Source: Clostridia bacterium
Lineage (GTDB): Bacteria > Bacillota > Clostridia > Oscillospirales > CAG-272
Assembly: GCA_017451045.1 (NCBI GenBank)
Contig: JAFSSK010000098.1
Span: 14,561 to 78,560 of the forward strand
Reading direction: 5' to 3'
Length of the DNA stretch: 64,000 bases
Shown here: positions 29,056-37,395 of the stretch, in pieces
Layout of the letters: every line of letters begins with the position of its first letter
Numbering within the stretch: the first letter of the stretch is position 1
Made by a program: the position numbers and the translations under genes
Notes under the pieces: model-generated
Told to the model about the DNA's origin: nothing
Seen by the model: only the letters and a program-made list of their open reading frames with translations
Database searches by the model: none

Positions 29056-31122
29056 ATGAAAAAAACATTTTGTGAGCGGACAGACGTTTTCTTAGGATCT
29101 TCGACCATAGATCTTCCGACAGCCGAGCGGCTGGCGGCGTCCTGGTTCTTTATCAAAGGGATCACCGGCAACACGCACCCCGGCGCGACACTGCCGTTCG
29201 GAAAATACTCCTGCTGCACCTATACGTCCGCCTACCCCACCGGTTACGGATGCAACTGGACGAACAGCTGCCCTTGGGACATGCGCCACTTCCCAGAAGG
29301 AGCGCGGTTCAAGGGCCTTTCCCATTTCCATCAGAGCGGAACGGGCGCGATCGGGCTATATTACAATTTTGCCCTGATCATTCCCTACACCGGAGACAGA
29401 CCGGAACAGAGCGGTGAGGACATACTCGAGGAAAAAGGATGTCCCGGCTACTATTCGGTCCGCAGCCGTGCCGGAAAAGATTCCATTCTTTCCGAAGCGA
29501 CCGTCAGCTCACGCTCAGTTTATCATCGCTTCACTTTCCCCCAAAAAGGCGGAAAGATCCGTCTGGACCTGACAAACGACGGGCTGAACCGCATCCTGAC
29601 GGGCGAAGTCGGCAAGAGTCTGGGCGGAAAGATCAAAATCCTTGGCGATTCTGACGTGTCAGCCGAGCTGAACCTCGACGAGCGGGTACACTATTTCCGC
29701 CTGCATTTCGATGGCGCATCCGTTAAATGCCTCCTCCACGGCGAAGACCGCCTTAGCGATAACGAAGTTTCCTTCGAAACTGTCGACCCCCATGACTTCT
29801 ACGGCGCCGAGCTGGAAGCGTCCGGCACGACGGTCCTGTCCCGCTTTTCCGACTCTCTCGTCAGCGCTGACAGAGCTGAAGAAGATATATCTGCAGACGA
29901 GGGCGGGTTCGACGCCGTCCGTAAGGCGGCAGACAGGATCTGGGAGGACATGCTCGGCAAAATCGAGATCGACTGCGACGATCCTTCAGAGCAGGAGAAA
30001 TTCTATTCGAACCTGTACCAGTCCCTGGTCAAGCCGTCGGACAGGCCGAAAGACAGCCCCATTTGGCCGGAAGACACCTATATGGTAGATTTCGCCACCA
30101 TGTGGGACATTTACAAAACGCAGCTTCCGCTGATCTTCACGCTTTACCCGGAGACCGGCGAGAAAATAATCGAATCCTTCCGCCTGTATGAAAAGCACAC
30201 GGGCGCCTTCCCTCACGCCGTGATGGTGGGCGGGAAAACGAACTGGCACTGGAGCCAGGCGTCCATGCTGGCGGAATACAGCATCTGCGACGCTTTCTGG
30301 CGTGGGATAAAAGCGGACTACAAGTCTTTGATGGAATCGATCAGGCGGGACATGCAAAGGCCCGAATATGCGGACATCATAGCGGGAAAACTGCCGATCA
30401 TGCTGACCCACTGGCTGGATATCACGGAGGCGTGCGGCGACGTCGCGGATATGGCGGACGCGCTGGGGCTGGGCGATGACGCGCAGAAACTGCGCAAGGT
30501 CTCCGAAAGATGGTCCGAGGCCTTCGATCCGGCGACGGGACTTCTTCGCAAGGACGATCACTGGTATTACGAGGGCAACCACTGGAACTATTCCTTCCGT
30601 CTTTTGCGTCATATGAAGAAGCGGATGGACATAGTCGGCCGCGACGCCTACATCGACCTTCTGGACCGATTCTTCGGCTTCAAGGACCCGATGGATATGA
30701 GCGGGAGATTCGAAGGCTTCAACAACGAATCCGACATGGAGGCGCCGTTCGCGTACCACGCGGCGGGCCGCATGGACAGGATCGCCGCCATCATGGACGC
30801 CATGCACGAATTCATCTTTACGACGGGCCGCGGCGGAATCCCCGGCAACAACGATTCCGGCGCGCTGTCCTCCCTTTACGTCTGGAACGTCCTGGGCATT
30901 TTCCCCGTGGCGGGCCAGAACAGGATGCTGATCGGTTCGCCCCGGTACAAAAAAGCCGTGCTTCACCTGCCGAAGGGAAAGGATTTCACGATCGTCAAGG
31001 AGGGCGAGGGCGGTTGCGTGATTGCGGCAGAGCTTGACGGTGAGCCGCTGGCGGACTTTTCCTTCACCGCTTCCCGCATGATGCAGGGCGGCACGCTCGT
31101 TCTGCGCACAGAGGCCCTTTGA
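29056..31122 (+). CDS. GH92 family alpha-mannosidase-like hydrolase, no signal peptide
   Basis: 'GNTHPGATLPFG' and 'GIPGNNDSGALSSLYVWNVLGIFPV' are GH92 hallmark motifs. Confidence 0.75.
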   Translation: MKKTFCERTDVFLGSSTIDLPTAERLAASWFFIKGITGNTHPGATLPFGKYSCCTYTSAYPTGYGCNWTNSCPWDMRHFPEGARFKGLSHFHQSGTGAIGLYYNFALIIPYTGDRPEQSGEDILEEKGCPGYYSVRSRAGKDSILSEATVSSRSVYHRFTFPQKGGKIRLDLTNDGLNRILTGEVGKSLGGKIKILGDSDVSAELNLDERVHYFRLHFDGASVKCLLHGEDRLSDNEVSFETVDPHDFYGAELEASGTTVLSRFSDSLVSADRAEEDISADEGGFDAVRKAADRIWEDMLGKIEIDCDDPSEQEKFYSNLYQSLVKPSDRPKDSPIWPEDTYMVDFATMWDIYKTQLPLIFTLYPETGEKIIESFRLYEKHTGAFPHAVMVGGKTNWHWSQASMLAEYSICDAFWRGIKADYKSLMESIRRDMQRPEYADIIAGKLPIMLTHWLDITEACGDVADMADALGLGDDAQKLRKVSERWSEAFDPATGLLRKDDHWYYEGNHWNYSFRLLRHMKKRMDIVGRDAYIDLLDRFFGFKDPMDMSGRFEGFNNESDMEAPFAYHAAGRMDRIAAIMDAMHEFIFTTGRGGIPGNNDSGALSSLYVWNVLGIFPVAGQNRMLIGSPRYKKAVLHLPKGKDFTIVKEGEGGCVIAAELDGEPLADFSFTASRMMQGGTLVLRTEAL

Positions 31123-31173
31123 GAAAAGGAACAGGCACAGAATTATTTGCAAAGATTATTTTTTGACAGACAA

Positions 31174-31203
31174 AACAGCCCGGCAGCTTCGTGCCGGGCT
31201 GTT
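31174..31203. other. Perfect 12-bp-stem hairpin of ambiguous orientation
   Basis: AACAGCCCGGCA-gcttcg-TGCCGGGCTGTT. The U-tract (UUUUGUCUGUC) follows it only on the minus strand, where no gene ends. On the plus strand it lies 52 nt after GH92 but has no U-tail. Confidence 0.4.
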
Positions 31204-31271
31204 CGCATGTAAATATTTGTTTACACCGCGATACAGACCTTTCTGCTTCCGGCGCAGCCCGCAACCAGAAC

Positions 31272-31299
31272 TTGACATTTTTGCGGTTATATGTATAAT
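31272..31299 (+). promoter_or_regulatory. Sigma-A promoter of the HTH-mutase operon
   Basis: TTGACA, 16 nt, TATAAT. It leaves an AT-rich leader of about 140 nt. Confidence 0.6.
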
Positions 31300-31333
31300 T
31301 TGAGGTGGACCGCGAGCTTTTATTAATCTATGT

Positions 31334-31348
31334 AAACTATTATAGTTT
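31334..31348. promoter_or_regulatory. Candidate operator: perfect 15-bp palindrome AAACTAT-T-ATAGTTT
   Basis: Located in the leader downstream of the promoter. Related cores are CTATAATAG at 31392-31400 and the half-site ATAGTT at 31423-31428. Confidence 0.4.
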
Positions 31349-31447
31349 CCCTGTTCCACGATTTCTTGCTTGTTTCCTGCTCATTTTACTTCTATAATAG
31401 TAATTGGTTATTTTTGTAAATAATAGTTCGCAGGAGGAAACTGATCC

Positions 31448-33118
31448 ATGACAATCGGTGAAAAGATCGCCAGACTGAGATCATATAATTGCGGCAAGCA
31501 GAGCATGTCGCAGGAAGAACTCGCGGATATTCTGAACGTTTCAAGACAGTCCGTCTCCAAGTGGGAAATGAACCAGGCGTCTCCGCGCATCGAGAATGTG
31601 CTGGAGATCTGCCGCCTTTTCAGCGTCAGCACGGATGATCTGCTTCGCGACGACCTGCCCCTTCCGGGCGGAAAAGAAGAGAAAAGCACTGCAGACGGTC
31701 GCGCGGGAAGATCCCTTCATTATTTCGGCACGGACGGCTTCCGCGGAGAGGCGGGCGCCGTGCTGACTTCCGAGCAGGCATTCAAAGTCGGCCGTTTTCT
31801 CGGCTGGTATTATACAAGCCCCCTGGCGAACAAGGCCACGGCAGGATCCGTCGTCGACAGGAACTACCGTCCCGGCATCGTGATCGGGAAGGATACCAGG
31901 CGCTCCAGCTATACGCTCGAGTACGCGATCGCGTCGGGCGTGACGGCTTCCGGCGCCGACGTGTACATGCTCCACGTCACGACGACGCCGAGCGTGTCCT
32001 ACGTCACCCGCCACGACAATTTCGACTGCGGCATCATGATCTCTGCATCCCACAACCCGTATTTCGACAACGGCATCAAACTCGTGAACCAGTACGGCGA
32101 GAAAATGGACGACGAGACGCTCCTTCTGATTGAGGCCTACCTCGACGGGAATCTTGACGAACTGGGCATCAGCGACCCGGATCTTCCCCTGGCGACACGG
32201 GAAAAGATCGGCGCCATCATCGACCACGTGGCGGGAAGAAACAGGTATATCGGCTACCTGATCTCCCTGGCGGCTCACTCCTACCGGGAACTCAAGATCG
32301 GTCTTGACTGCGCGAACGGCGCCTCGTGGATGATCGCGCCCTCCGTATTCGAAGCGCTCGGCGCGAAGACGTACGTCATCGGGGCCCAGCCGGACGGCCA
32401 GAACATCAACCGGGACATCGGCTCAACCCATATCGAAACGCTGAAGAAGTTCGTCCGGGACAACAACCTGGATCTCGGCTTTGCCTTCGACGGAGACGCG
32501 GACAGGTGCATCGCCGTCGATGAAAAAGGAAACGAGGTAAACGGCGACCACATCCTTTACATCCTGGGCAACAGGCTGAAAAGACTCAACAATCTGTCCG
32601 GGAACACGGTCGTCCCAACGTTCATGTCCAACGCGGGGCTTTTCAAGGCGCTGGACAAGGCAGGCATCAAATCGGTGCAGGCCAAGGTCGGCGACCGGTA
32701 TATCTGGGAAGTCATGCGCGAGAAGGGATACAGTCTCGGCGGCGAACAGTCCGGGCACATCATCATCCAGAAGTACGCGACAACGGGAGACGGGATCCTC
32801 ACGGCGATCATGCTCACAGAAGAGGTACTGGACCGCAAGATGCCGCTGAGCGCGCTGGCAGCGCCCGTCCAGATCTTCCCGCAGGTCCTGCGCAGCATCA
32901 AGGTGCGCAGCAAGCCCGAGGTGGCTGCCGATCCGGACATCAAGGCAAGCATCGCCTCCATTTCGGAAGAGCTCGGCGCAGACGGACGGATCCTGCTCCG
33001 CGAGAGCGGCACCGAACCTGTCGTTCGCGTCATGTGCGAAGGGACCGACGTCCAGAAATGCACCGAGTACGTCGATTCCGTCATCGATCTCATCATCAAA
33101 AAAGGATACAGCATATGA
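31448..33118 (+). CDS. Fusion protein: N-terminal XRE/Cro-type HTH domain plus a complete phosphoglucosamine mutase (alpha-D-phosphohexomutase)
   Basis: Residues 1-70 read 'MSQEELADILNVSRQSVSKWEMNQASPRIENVLEICRLF' (HTH_3). A linker of about 20 aa follows. The mutase part has 'YFGTDGFRGEAG', the catalytic 'SASHNPYFDNGIK', metal loop 'FDGDADR', sugar loop 'GGEQSGH' and phosphate loop 'RESGTEPVVRV'. It is a single uninterrupted ORF with no internal Met near the junction. RBS AGGAGGAA. Confidence 0.85.
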   Translation: MTIGEKIARLRSYNCGKQSMSQEELADILNVSRQSVSKWEMNQASPRIENVLEICRLFSVSTDDLLRDDLPLPGGKEEKSTADGRAGRSLHYFGTDGFRGEAGAVLTSEQAFKVGRFLGWYYTSPLANKATAGSVVDRNYRPGIVIGKDTRRSSYTLEYAIASGVTASGADVYMLHVTTTPSVSYVTRHDNFDCGIMISASHNPYFDNGIKLVNQYGEKMDDETLLLIEAYLDGNLDELGISDPDLPLATREKIGAIIDHVAGRNRYIGYLISLAAHSYRELKIGLDCANGASWMIAPSVFEALGAKTYVIGAQPDGQNINRDIGSTHIETLKKFVRDNNLDLGFAFDGDADRCIAVDEKGNEVNGDHILYILGNRLKRLNNLSGNTVVPTFMSNAGLFKALDKAGIKSVQAKVGDRYIWEVMREKGYSLGGEQSGHIIIQKYATTGDGILTAIMLTEEVLDRKMPLSALAAPVQIFPQVLRSIKVRSKPEVAADPDIKASIASISEELGADGRILLRESGTEPVVRVMCEGTDVQKCTEYVDSVIDLIIKKGYSI

Positions 33119-33795
33119 TTCCAGAAACAGTCAGGACCGAGAACCTGGTCAGTCCCGCCGGCACGCTGGCAGAAACGTACCTTCTGTCGTTCGCATACCC
33201 CTGGGAGGCGCTTGCCGGGATCAAAGACTATATCATCTCCCTCGGGGAATCGCTTCCCGCGACAGAATATGAAAAGGCCGGAGACGGCATCTGGGTGGCT
33301 AAGACCGCCGTCGTAGCGCCGTCCGCCTCCGTAGCGGGCCCCTGCATCATCGGGCCTTTTTCGGAAGTGAGGCACTGCGCCTATATCCGCGGCTCTGTGC
33401 TGATCTGCGCCCACGCCGTCGTAGGCAACTCCTGCGAATGCAAGAACAGCATCATCCTGGACAAATCTCAGGTCCCCCATTTCAACTATGTGGGCGACTC
33501 CATCCTCGGCATCGGCGCGCACATGGGCGCGGGAGCCGTCACGTCCAATTTCAGAAGCGACAAGAAGAACATATCGATCCATATCGGTCAGGAAACAGTC
33601 GTTCCCGGGCTGCGCAAAATGGGTGCCGTCATCGGCGACCACGCGGAAGTCGGGTGCGGCAGCGTCCTGAACCCCGGCACGATCCTTGGCAGAGACTGCC
33701 GCGTCTATCCGCTCTCTTCGGTGCGCGGATTCGTTCCGGCCGGTCACATCCATAAAACAGACGGCACGCTGACGCCGATCCTGCCGGACAGGTAA
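33115..33795 (+). CDS. Stand-alone left-handed beta-helix acyltransferase resembling the C-terminal (GlcN-1-P acetyltransferase) domain of GlmU
   Basis: Hexapeptide repeats run from about residue 75 to the end ('VGNSCECKNSIIL', 'NYVGDSILGIGAHMGAGAV', 'GAVIGDHAEVGCGSVLNPGTILG'). There is no N-terminal nucleotidyltransferase domain. ATGA overlap with the mutase gene. Confidence 0.65.
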   Translation: MIPETVRTENLVSPAGTLAETYLLSFAYPWEALAGIKDYIISLGESLPATEYEKAGDGIWVAKTAVVAPSASVAGPCIIGPFSEVRHCAYIRGSVLICAHAVVGNSCECKNSIILDKSQVPHFNYVGDSILGIGAHMGAGAVTSNFRSDKKNISIHIGQETVVPGLRKMGAVIGDHAEVGCGSVLNPGTILGRDCRVYPLSSVRGFVPAGHIHKTDGTLTPILPDR

Positions 33796-33836
33796 GCGGC
33801 CGTTCCCTCTCGTAAATATTTCAGAAGGAGATCATC

Positions 33837-34766
33837 ATGAGGATCATCGACACAGACTACATCATCCAGAACATGCGGGATGAAAACGCGTTCGTGCTGC
33901 GCTGCGAGGAACTCTTCCACGACAAGATCAGCACCACGTCGGCCAAGATCATAACCGCGCGGGACAAAGGCACCCGCATCGTCTGCCTGACAGGTCCCTC
34001 CGGCAGCGGCAAAACGACGACCGCCATGCGCATCAGGGACTATCTGCTGAATCTCGGCGTCCCCGTCATCATGATCAGCATGGATAACTTCTTCCTCCCG
34101 GCGCGCAAACGTCCGAAGGATCTTTTAGACTGGGAGTCTCCCCTTTGCGTGGATATCGACAGACTGATCGACAGTTTGAAGCGGCTGAGCGAAGGCGAAA
34201 GTGTCGAGATGCCGACGTTCGACTTTACCACCAGCGACTACGGTCCCATCTACACCGAACAGGGTTCGAAGGACGCCGTCATCATCGCCGAGGGCATCCA
34301 TATGCTCAACCCGCTCATCTTTTCAAAGCTGGAGGGCGCCGCCGTCGGCATCTATGCCGCGCCGCGCACCCGTGTCCTGACCAAAGAGGAAAAGGTCATC
34401 CATCCGCAGACGCTACGGATCGCAAGGCGCATGCTCCGCGACTACAACGGCAGAGGCCGCACGCTCCGCCAGACGGTCGAAAAAGCAGAAGAGGTCAACG
34501 AGGGAGAGGAAAAATACATCATCCCCTACCGGACGAACGCGTCCATCCACATCGACACCTTCCATGACTACGAGCCCTGCATCCTGGCGCAGCATCTGAT
34601 GAGCCTGCCGTCCTTCGGCGAGGATCTGACGGACGATTTCATTCAGACGCACGATCTGCAGGATCTGATCAAACTGGTACAGACGATTCCGCGCCTGACG
34701 ACCAAATACGTTCCCCTGGACTCCGTACTGCGCGAATTCGTGGGCGGAAGCAAATACAAATACTGA
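33837..34766 (+). CDS. Uridine-kinase/phosphoribulokinase-family P-loop kinase-like protein
   Basis: 'LTGPSGSGKTTTA' Walker A, 'ISMDNFF', 'FDF..S' and 'VIIAEGIHMLNP' follow the Udk pattern. It has extra N- and C-terminal regions. Confidence 0.6.
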   Translation: MRIIDTDYIIQNMRDENAFVLRCEELFHDKISTTSAKIITARDKGTRIVCLTGPSGSGKTTTAMRIRDYLLNLGVPVIMISMDNFFLPARKRPKDLLDWESPLCVDIDRLIDSLKRLSEGESVEMPTFDFTTSDYGPIYTEQGSKDAVIIAEGIHMLNPLIFSKLEGAAVGIYAAPRTRVLTKEEKVIHPQTLRIARRMLRDYNGRGRTLRQTVEKAEEVNEGEEKYIIPYRTNASIHIDTFHDYEPCILAQHLMSLPSFGEDLTDDFIQTHDLQDLIKLVQTIPRLTTKYVPLDSVLREFVGGSKYKY

Positions 34767-34783
34767 CCCCTGTCATACAGCAG

Positions 34784-34820
34784 GAGCGCAGCCCGAAGGG
34801 GCTGCGCTCCGCTTTTTTAT
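34784..34820 (+). terminator. Intrinsic terminator after the kinase-like gene
   Basis: GGAGCGCAGCCC-gaa-GGGCTGCGCTCC (perfect 12 bp) followed by GCTTTTTTATGTTTTTTT. Confidence 0.8.
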
Positions 34821-34841
34821 GTTTTTTTCGCGGCCGTTCCG

Positions 34842-37358
34842 TTATGCCTCTTCCAGCCTGTAGGTGCGAATGGAGAACGGCGGGAAATCGGCTTCGACAA
34901 CCAGCCTGTCCTTGTCGCGGCGACACCGGACTTCCCCGCCCGTGGGTCTTCCGTCCGGCGCTGTCTCGACGATGCCCGAAAACAGGCGCGCGTCGACCGT
35001 GAACACGCCTTTCGTTTCGCCGCTTGCGTTGAACAGGCGCAGATAGGTCTGCCCGTCCTGCCTGTAAAGCGCCCCGACCTCGAGACCGGGCGTCAGGATC
35101 TGTACGACAGAGCCTGACTGCACGTCCGGTCCGGTGCTTCTCGCCACGTAGGGCTTGTGCAGGAACCGCTCACACGCATGCCACAGTCCTGCGCGCCGCC
35201 AGTCGCCCGCATGCGGCATGATCCTGTAGCGCAATTCGTGCGCGCCCCGCAGGGTGCACCGTCCCCACCAGAAACCTCCGTCGTATCCCCAGGCGAGAGC
35301 CAGGCCGAAGGGGTATTCCCCGCCGTGGACGTATGCCGTCGTGTGGTCGGCGAAGACGCAAAGGCCCTCTTCGTCGTCCGATACGTCCGTCCAGTGCACA
35401 AGGATGTTGTGCTTGATGTCGTTCCATGACTTGAAATGCGTGTCGCTAAGCTTGCTGCGGCACACGTCATAGGCGCAGTCCTTGTCGATGTGAGCCTGCC
35501 TGAAGGACGTGGGAAAACAGGCGTTCAGGCGGTAGCGTCCGTCGTGGTATGTGCGGTGCGGATCGTGCACCTGCGACTGCTCGTTTTCCTCCTTCATCTG
35601 ATACGGCTCGCCGATAAGACATCCTTCTCCGAAATCGAAGCGGACAAAGATATCAAGACTTGAGGACCCGGCCTGAAGCGTCAGCCGCTGCTCGTAACGG
35701 GCGCATCCCACACGTCCGCGCAGGGTCATGACCGCTTCCAGCGGCCCGTTCCATTTGATGTCCGCCTTTGCCGGATACTCGGTATTCGAGCAGAAGCGGT
35801 CCTCCCCGATAAAATATCCTCTGTATTCGTTGAAATCCTTGCCGGGTGCCACCGCCTCGGTCCCCCGGTCTTTGGAAAAGTACGACTTTATAACGCCGCC
35901 GCGCTTCAGGTCGAACACGACCCTGACGCGGTCGTTTTCAAGGACTGCGGTATCGTCCGTGATCTCTGCCCTGATCGGAGCCGCCTGCTCCTCCTCTGAA
36001 ACGGGAACGACGGCAACGGCCTTTACGCCCATTCCTGAGAACGGGACGCGGACAAGCAGTTCCCCCGCGTTCCATGATCCGTCCCGGTGCCTTCGATGGC
36101 AGACGGCCTGAGCCGTGAGTTTATTCGTTCCGTCATAGACTTCGAACCCGCGCGTCCCGATCGGGGCGGTCATGGGGATCCGCACGATCCGTTCCTCTTT
36201 GTACGCCAGCGGGTTGAACAGAAGCATCGTTTCCCTGCCGGCGTCCGCAGCGGACGGGGCGGGCGTCAGCGCGTCAAACGCGTCCCGGCGCGCCTTGTCC
36301 ATGAGGAATTCGGCGGCATATACCTGTGCGGACGTTTTCCAGGCCCAGTTGTCCTCTCCAGACCCTGCCCTGGCGCAGATCCATCCGTCGTGGTGCTGTG
36401 TCATCAAAAGATGCCCCCAGATTTCTTCCATCCGGTCCGGAACGTCCTTTTTGCCGAGCACTGCGGATACTGCGCACAGCCGTTCGGTATCCAGCGTTTC
36501 GGCTTCGCACCGCCGCACCTGCCGCGCCATGCGCACAAGGGTCTGGTCTCCCCAGGGCAGCGCGCCCCGAAAGATCTCCTGACCGGGCTGCCAGACAGGA
36601 CGGGGACTCGTGGCGATCCGATCAAAGTATTCCCGCCAGATCGAATAAGCAATGCGGGGCGGCGTGACGCCGTCTTTTCCGCTCCTGCCGGGTCTTGCTC
36701 CCCAGCCGAGATCCTGGTAGTACATCCCCGTCGGATGCGGGATGCCCTCGCGCGCGCATTTATCGGCATACTCCTCACCGGCTTCGCACGCTTCCGTTTC
36801 GTAAACCTTCACCAGTTCCTCGCAGGCGTACCGCGGCGCGGTGGGGATCGATGTGCCGTCCGGTCCCGTCCAGTCGACGGTCTCGGCGTTGATGCCTTCA
36901 GTATATCCTCCCCAGGCCGTCGATGCGTTTTTCAAAGACGCCCGCTGAAAACCCAGCTGACAAAGGATCTGCGGAAGGGCGCTCGTCCAGCACGGTTCCT
37001 GTACGGCGTAGGTGTCCACCATTACCCACGGGAAGTGACGTTTGATAACGGCAAGTCCCATCGTCAGATGCCGGATGTTGCTCTCGCCGTCCGTGATCCA
37101 GCCGTAGGGTTGCGCGTAACTGCCCGAGACGATCTCCACCCTCGCGTCATCAGACCCGTCTTTTGTCATCTCGGCAAATTCTGCATACGCCCGGGGATCG
37201 CGGGATCTCAGATAGTCCCACGACACCGGCTCCACGTCGATGCTGAGACGCCACTCCGGATGCAATTTCATCTGATCGAGTATGTCCCGCCAGCTTCCGA
37301 GAGGCATGTGCCCCCGGATCCCGCCGTGATAGCCGTCCATATAGTATACTTGCGTCAT
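34842..37358 (-). CDS. GH38-like alpha-mannosidase family protein (divergent), no signal peptide
   Basis: 'EIVSGSYAQPYGWITDGESNIRHLTMG' and 'LLMTQHHDGW' parallel the GH38 'GGW..DEA..ES.IRQL' and 'QHHDAITG' blocks. The canonical N-terminal HxDxxW is replaced by 'YYMDGYHGG'. RBS GGAGGA before ATG 37358. Confidence 0.55.
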   Translation of the reverse strand: MTQVYYMDGYHGGIRGHMPLGSWRDILDQMKLHPEWRLSIDVEPVSWDYLRSRDPRAYAEFAEMTKDGSDDARVEIVSGSYAQPYGWITDGESNIRHLTMGLAVIKRHFPWVMVDTYAVQEPCWTSALPQILCQLGFQRASLKNASTAWGGYTEGINAETVDWTGPDGTSIPTAPRYACEELVKVYETEACEAGEEYADKCAREGIPHPTGMYYQDLGWGARPGRSGKDGVTPPRIAYSIWREYFDRIATSPRPVWQPGQEIFRGALPWGDQTLVRMARQVRRCEAETLDTERLCAVSAVLGKKDVPDRMEEIWGHLLMTQHHDGWICARAGSGEDNWAWKTSAQVYAAEFLMDKARRDAFDALTPAPSAADAGRETMLLFNPLAYKEERIVRIPMTAPIGTRGFEVYDGTNKLTAQAVCHRRHRDGSWNAGELLVRVPFSGMGVKAVAVVPVSEEEQAAPIRAEITDDTAVLENDRVRVVFDLKRGGVIKSYFSKDRGTEAVAPGKDFNEYRGYFIGEDRFCSNTEYPAKADIKWNGPLEAVMTLRGRVGCARYEQRLTLQAGSSSLDIFVRFDFGEGCLIGEPYQMKEENEQSQVHDPHRTYHDGRYRLNACFPTSFRQAHIDKDCAYDVCRSKLSDTHFKSWNDIKHNILVHWTDVSDDEEGLCVFADHTTAYVHGGEYPFGLALAWGYDGGFWWGRCTLRGAHELRYRIMPHAGDWRRAGLWHACERFLHKPYVARSTGPDVQSGSVVQILTPGLEVGALYRQDGQTYLRLFNASGETKGVFTVDARLFSGIVETAPDGRPTGGEVRCRRDKDRLVVEADFPPFSIRTYRLEEA

Positions 37359-37395
37359 GTTATGTCCTCCGTAAAGAGCTTGCCCGAGGAAAGGT

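Noticed and set aside
31156-31359. 67-aa minus-strand ORF in the GH92/HTH-mutase spacer
   Set aside because: It has no RBS, the terminator-like hairpin lies inside it, and its composition is basic and low-complexity. It is probably spurious.
31300-31447. Possible glmS-type ribozyme or other riboswitch in the long leader of the mutase fusion gene
   Set aside because: The sequence is AT-rich with no resemblance to the glmS ribozyme core that I can recall, and no convincing conserved helices. Protein-operator palindromes explain the region better.
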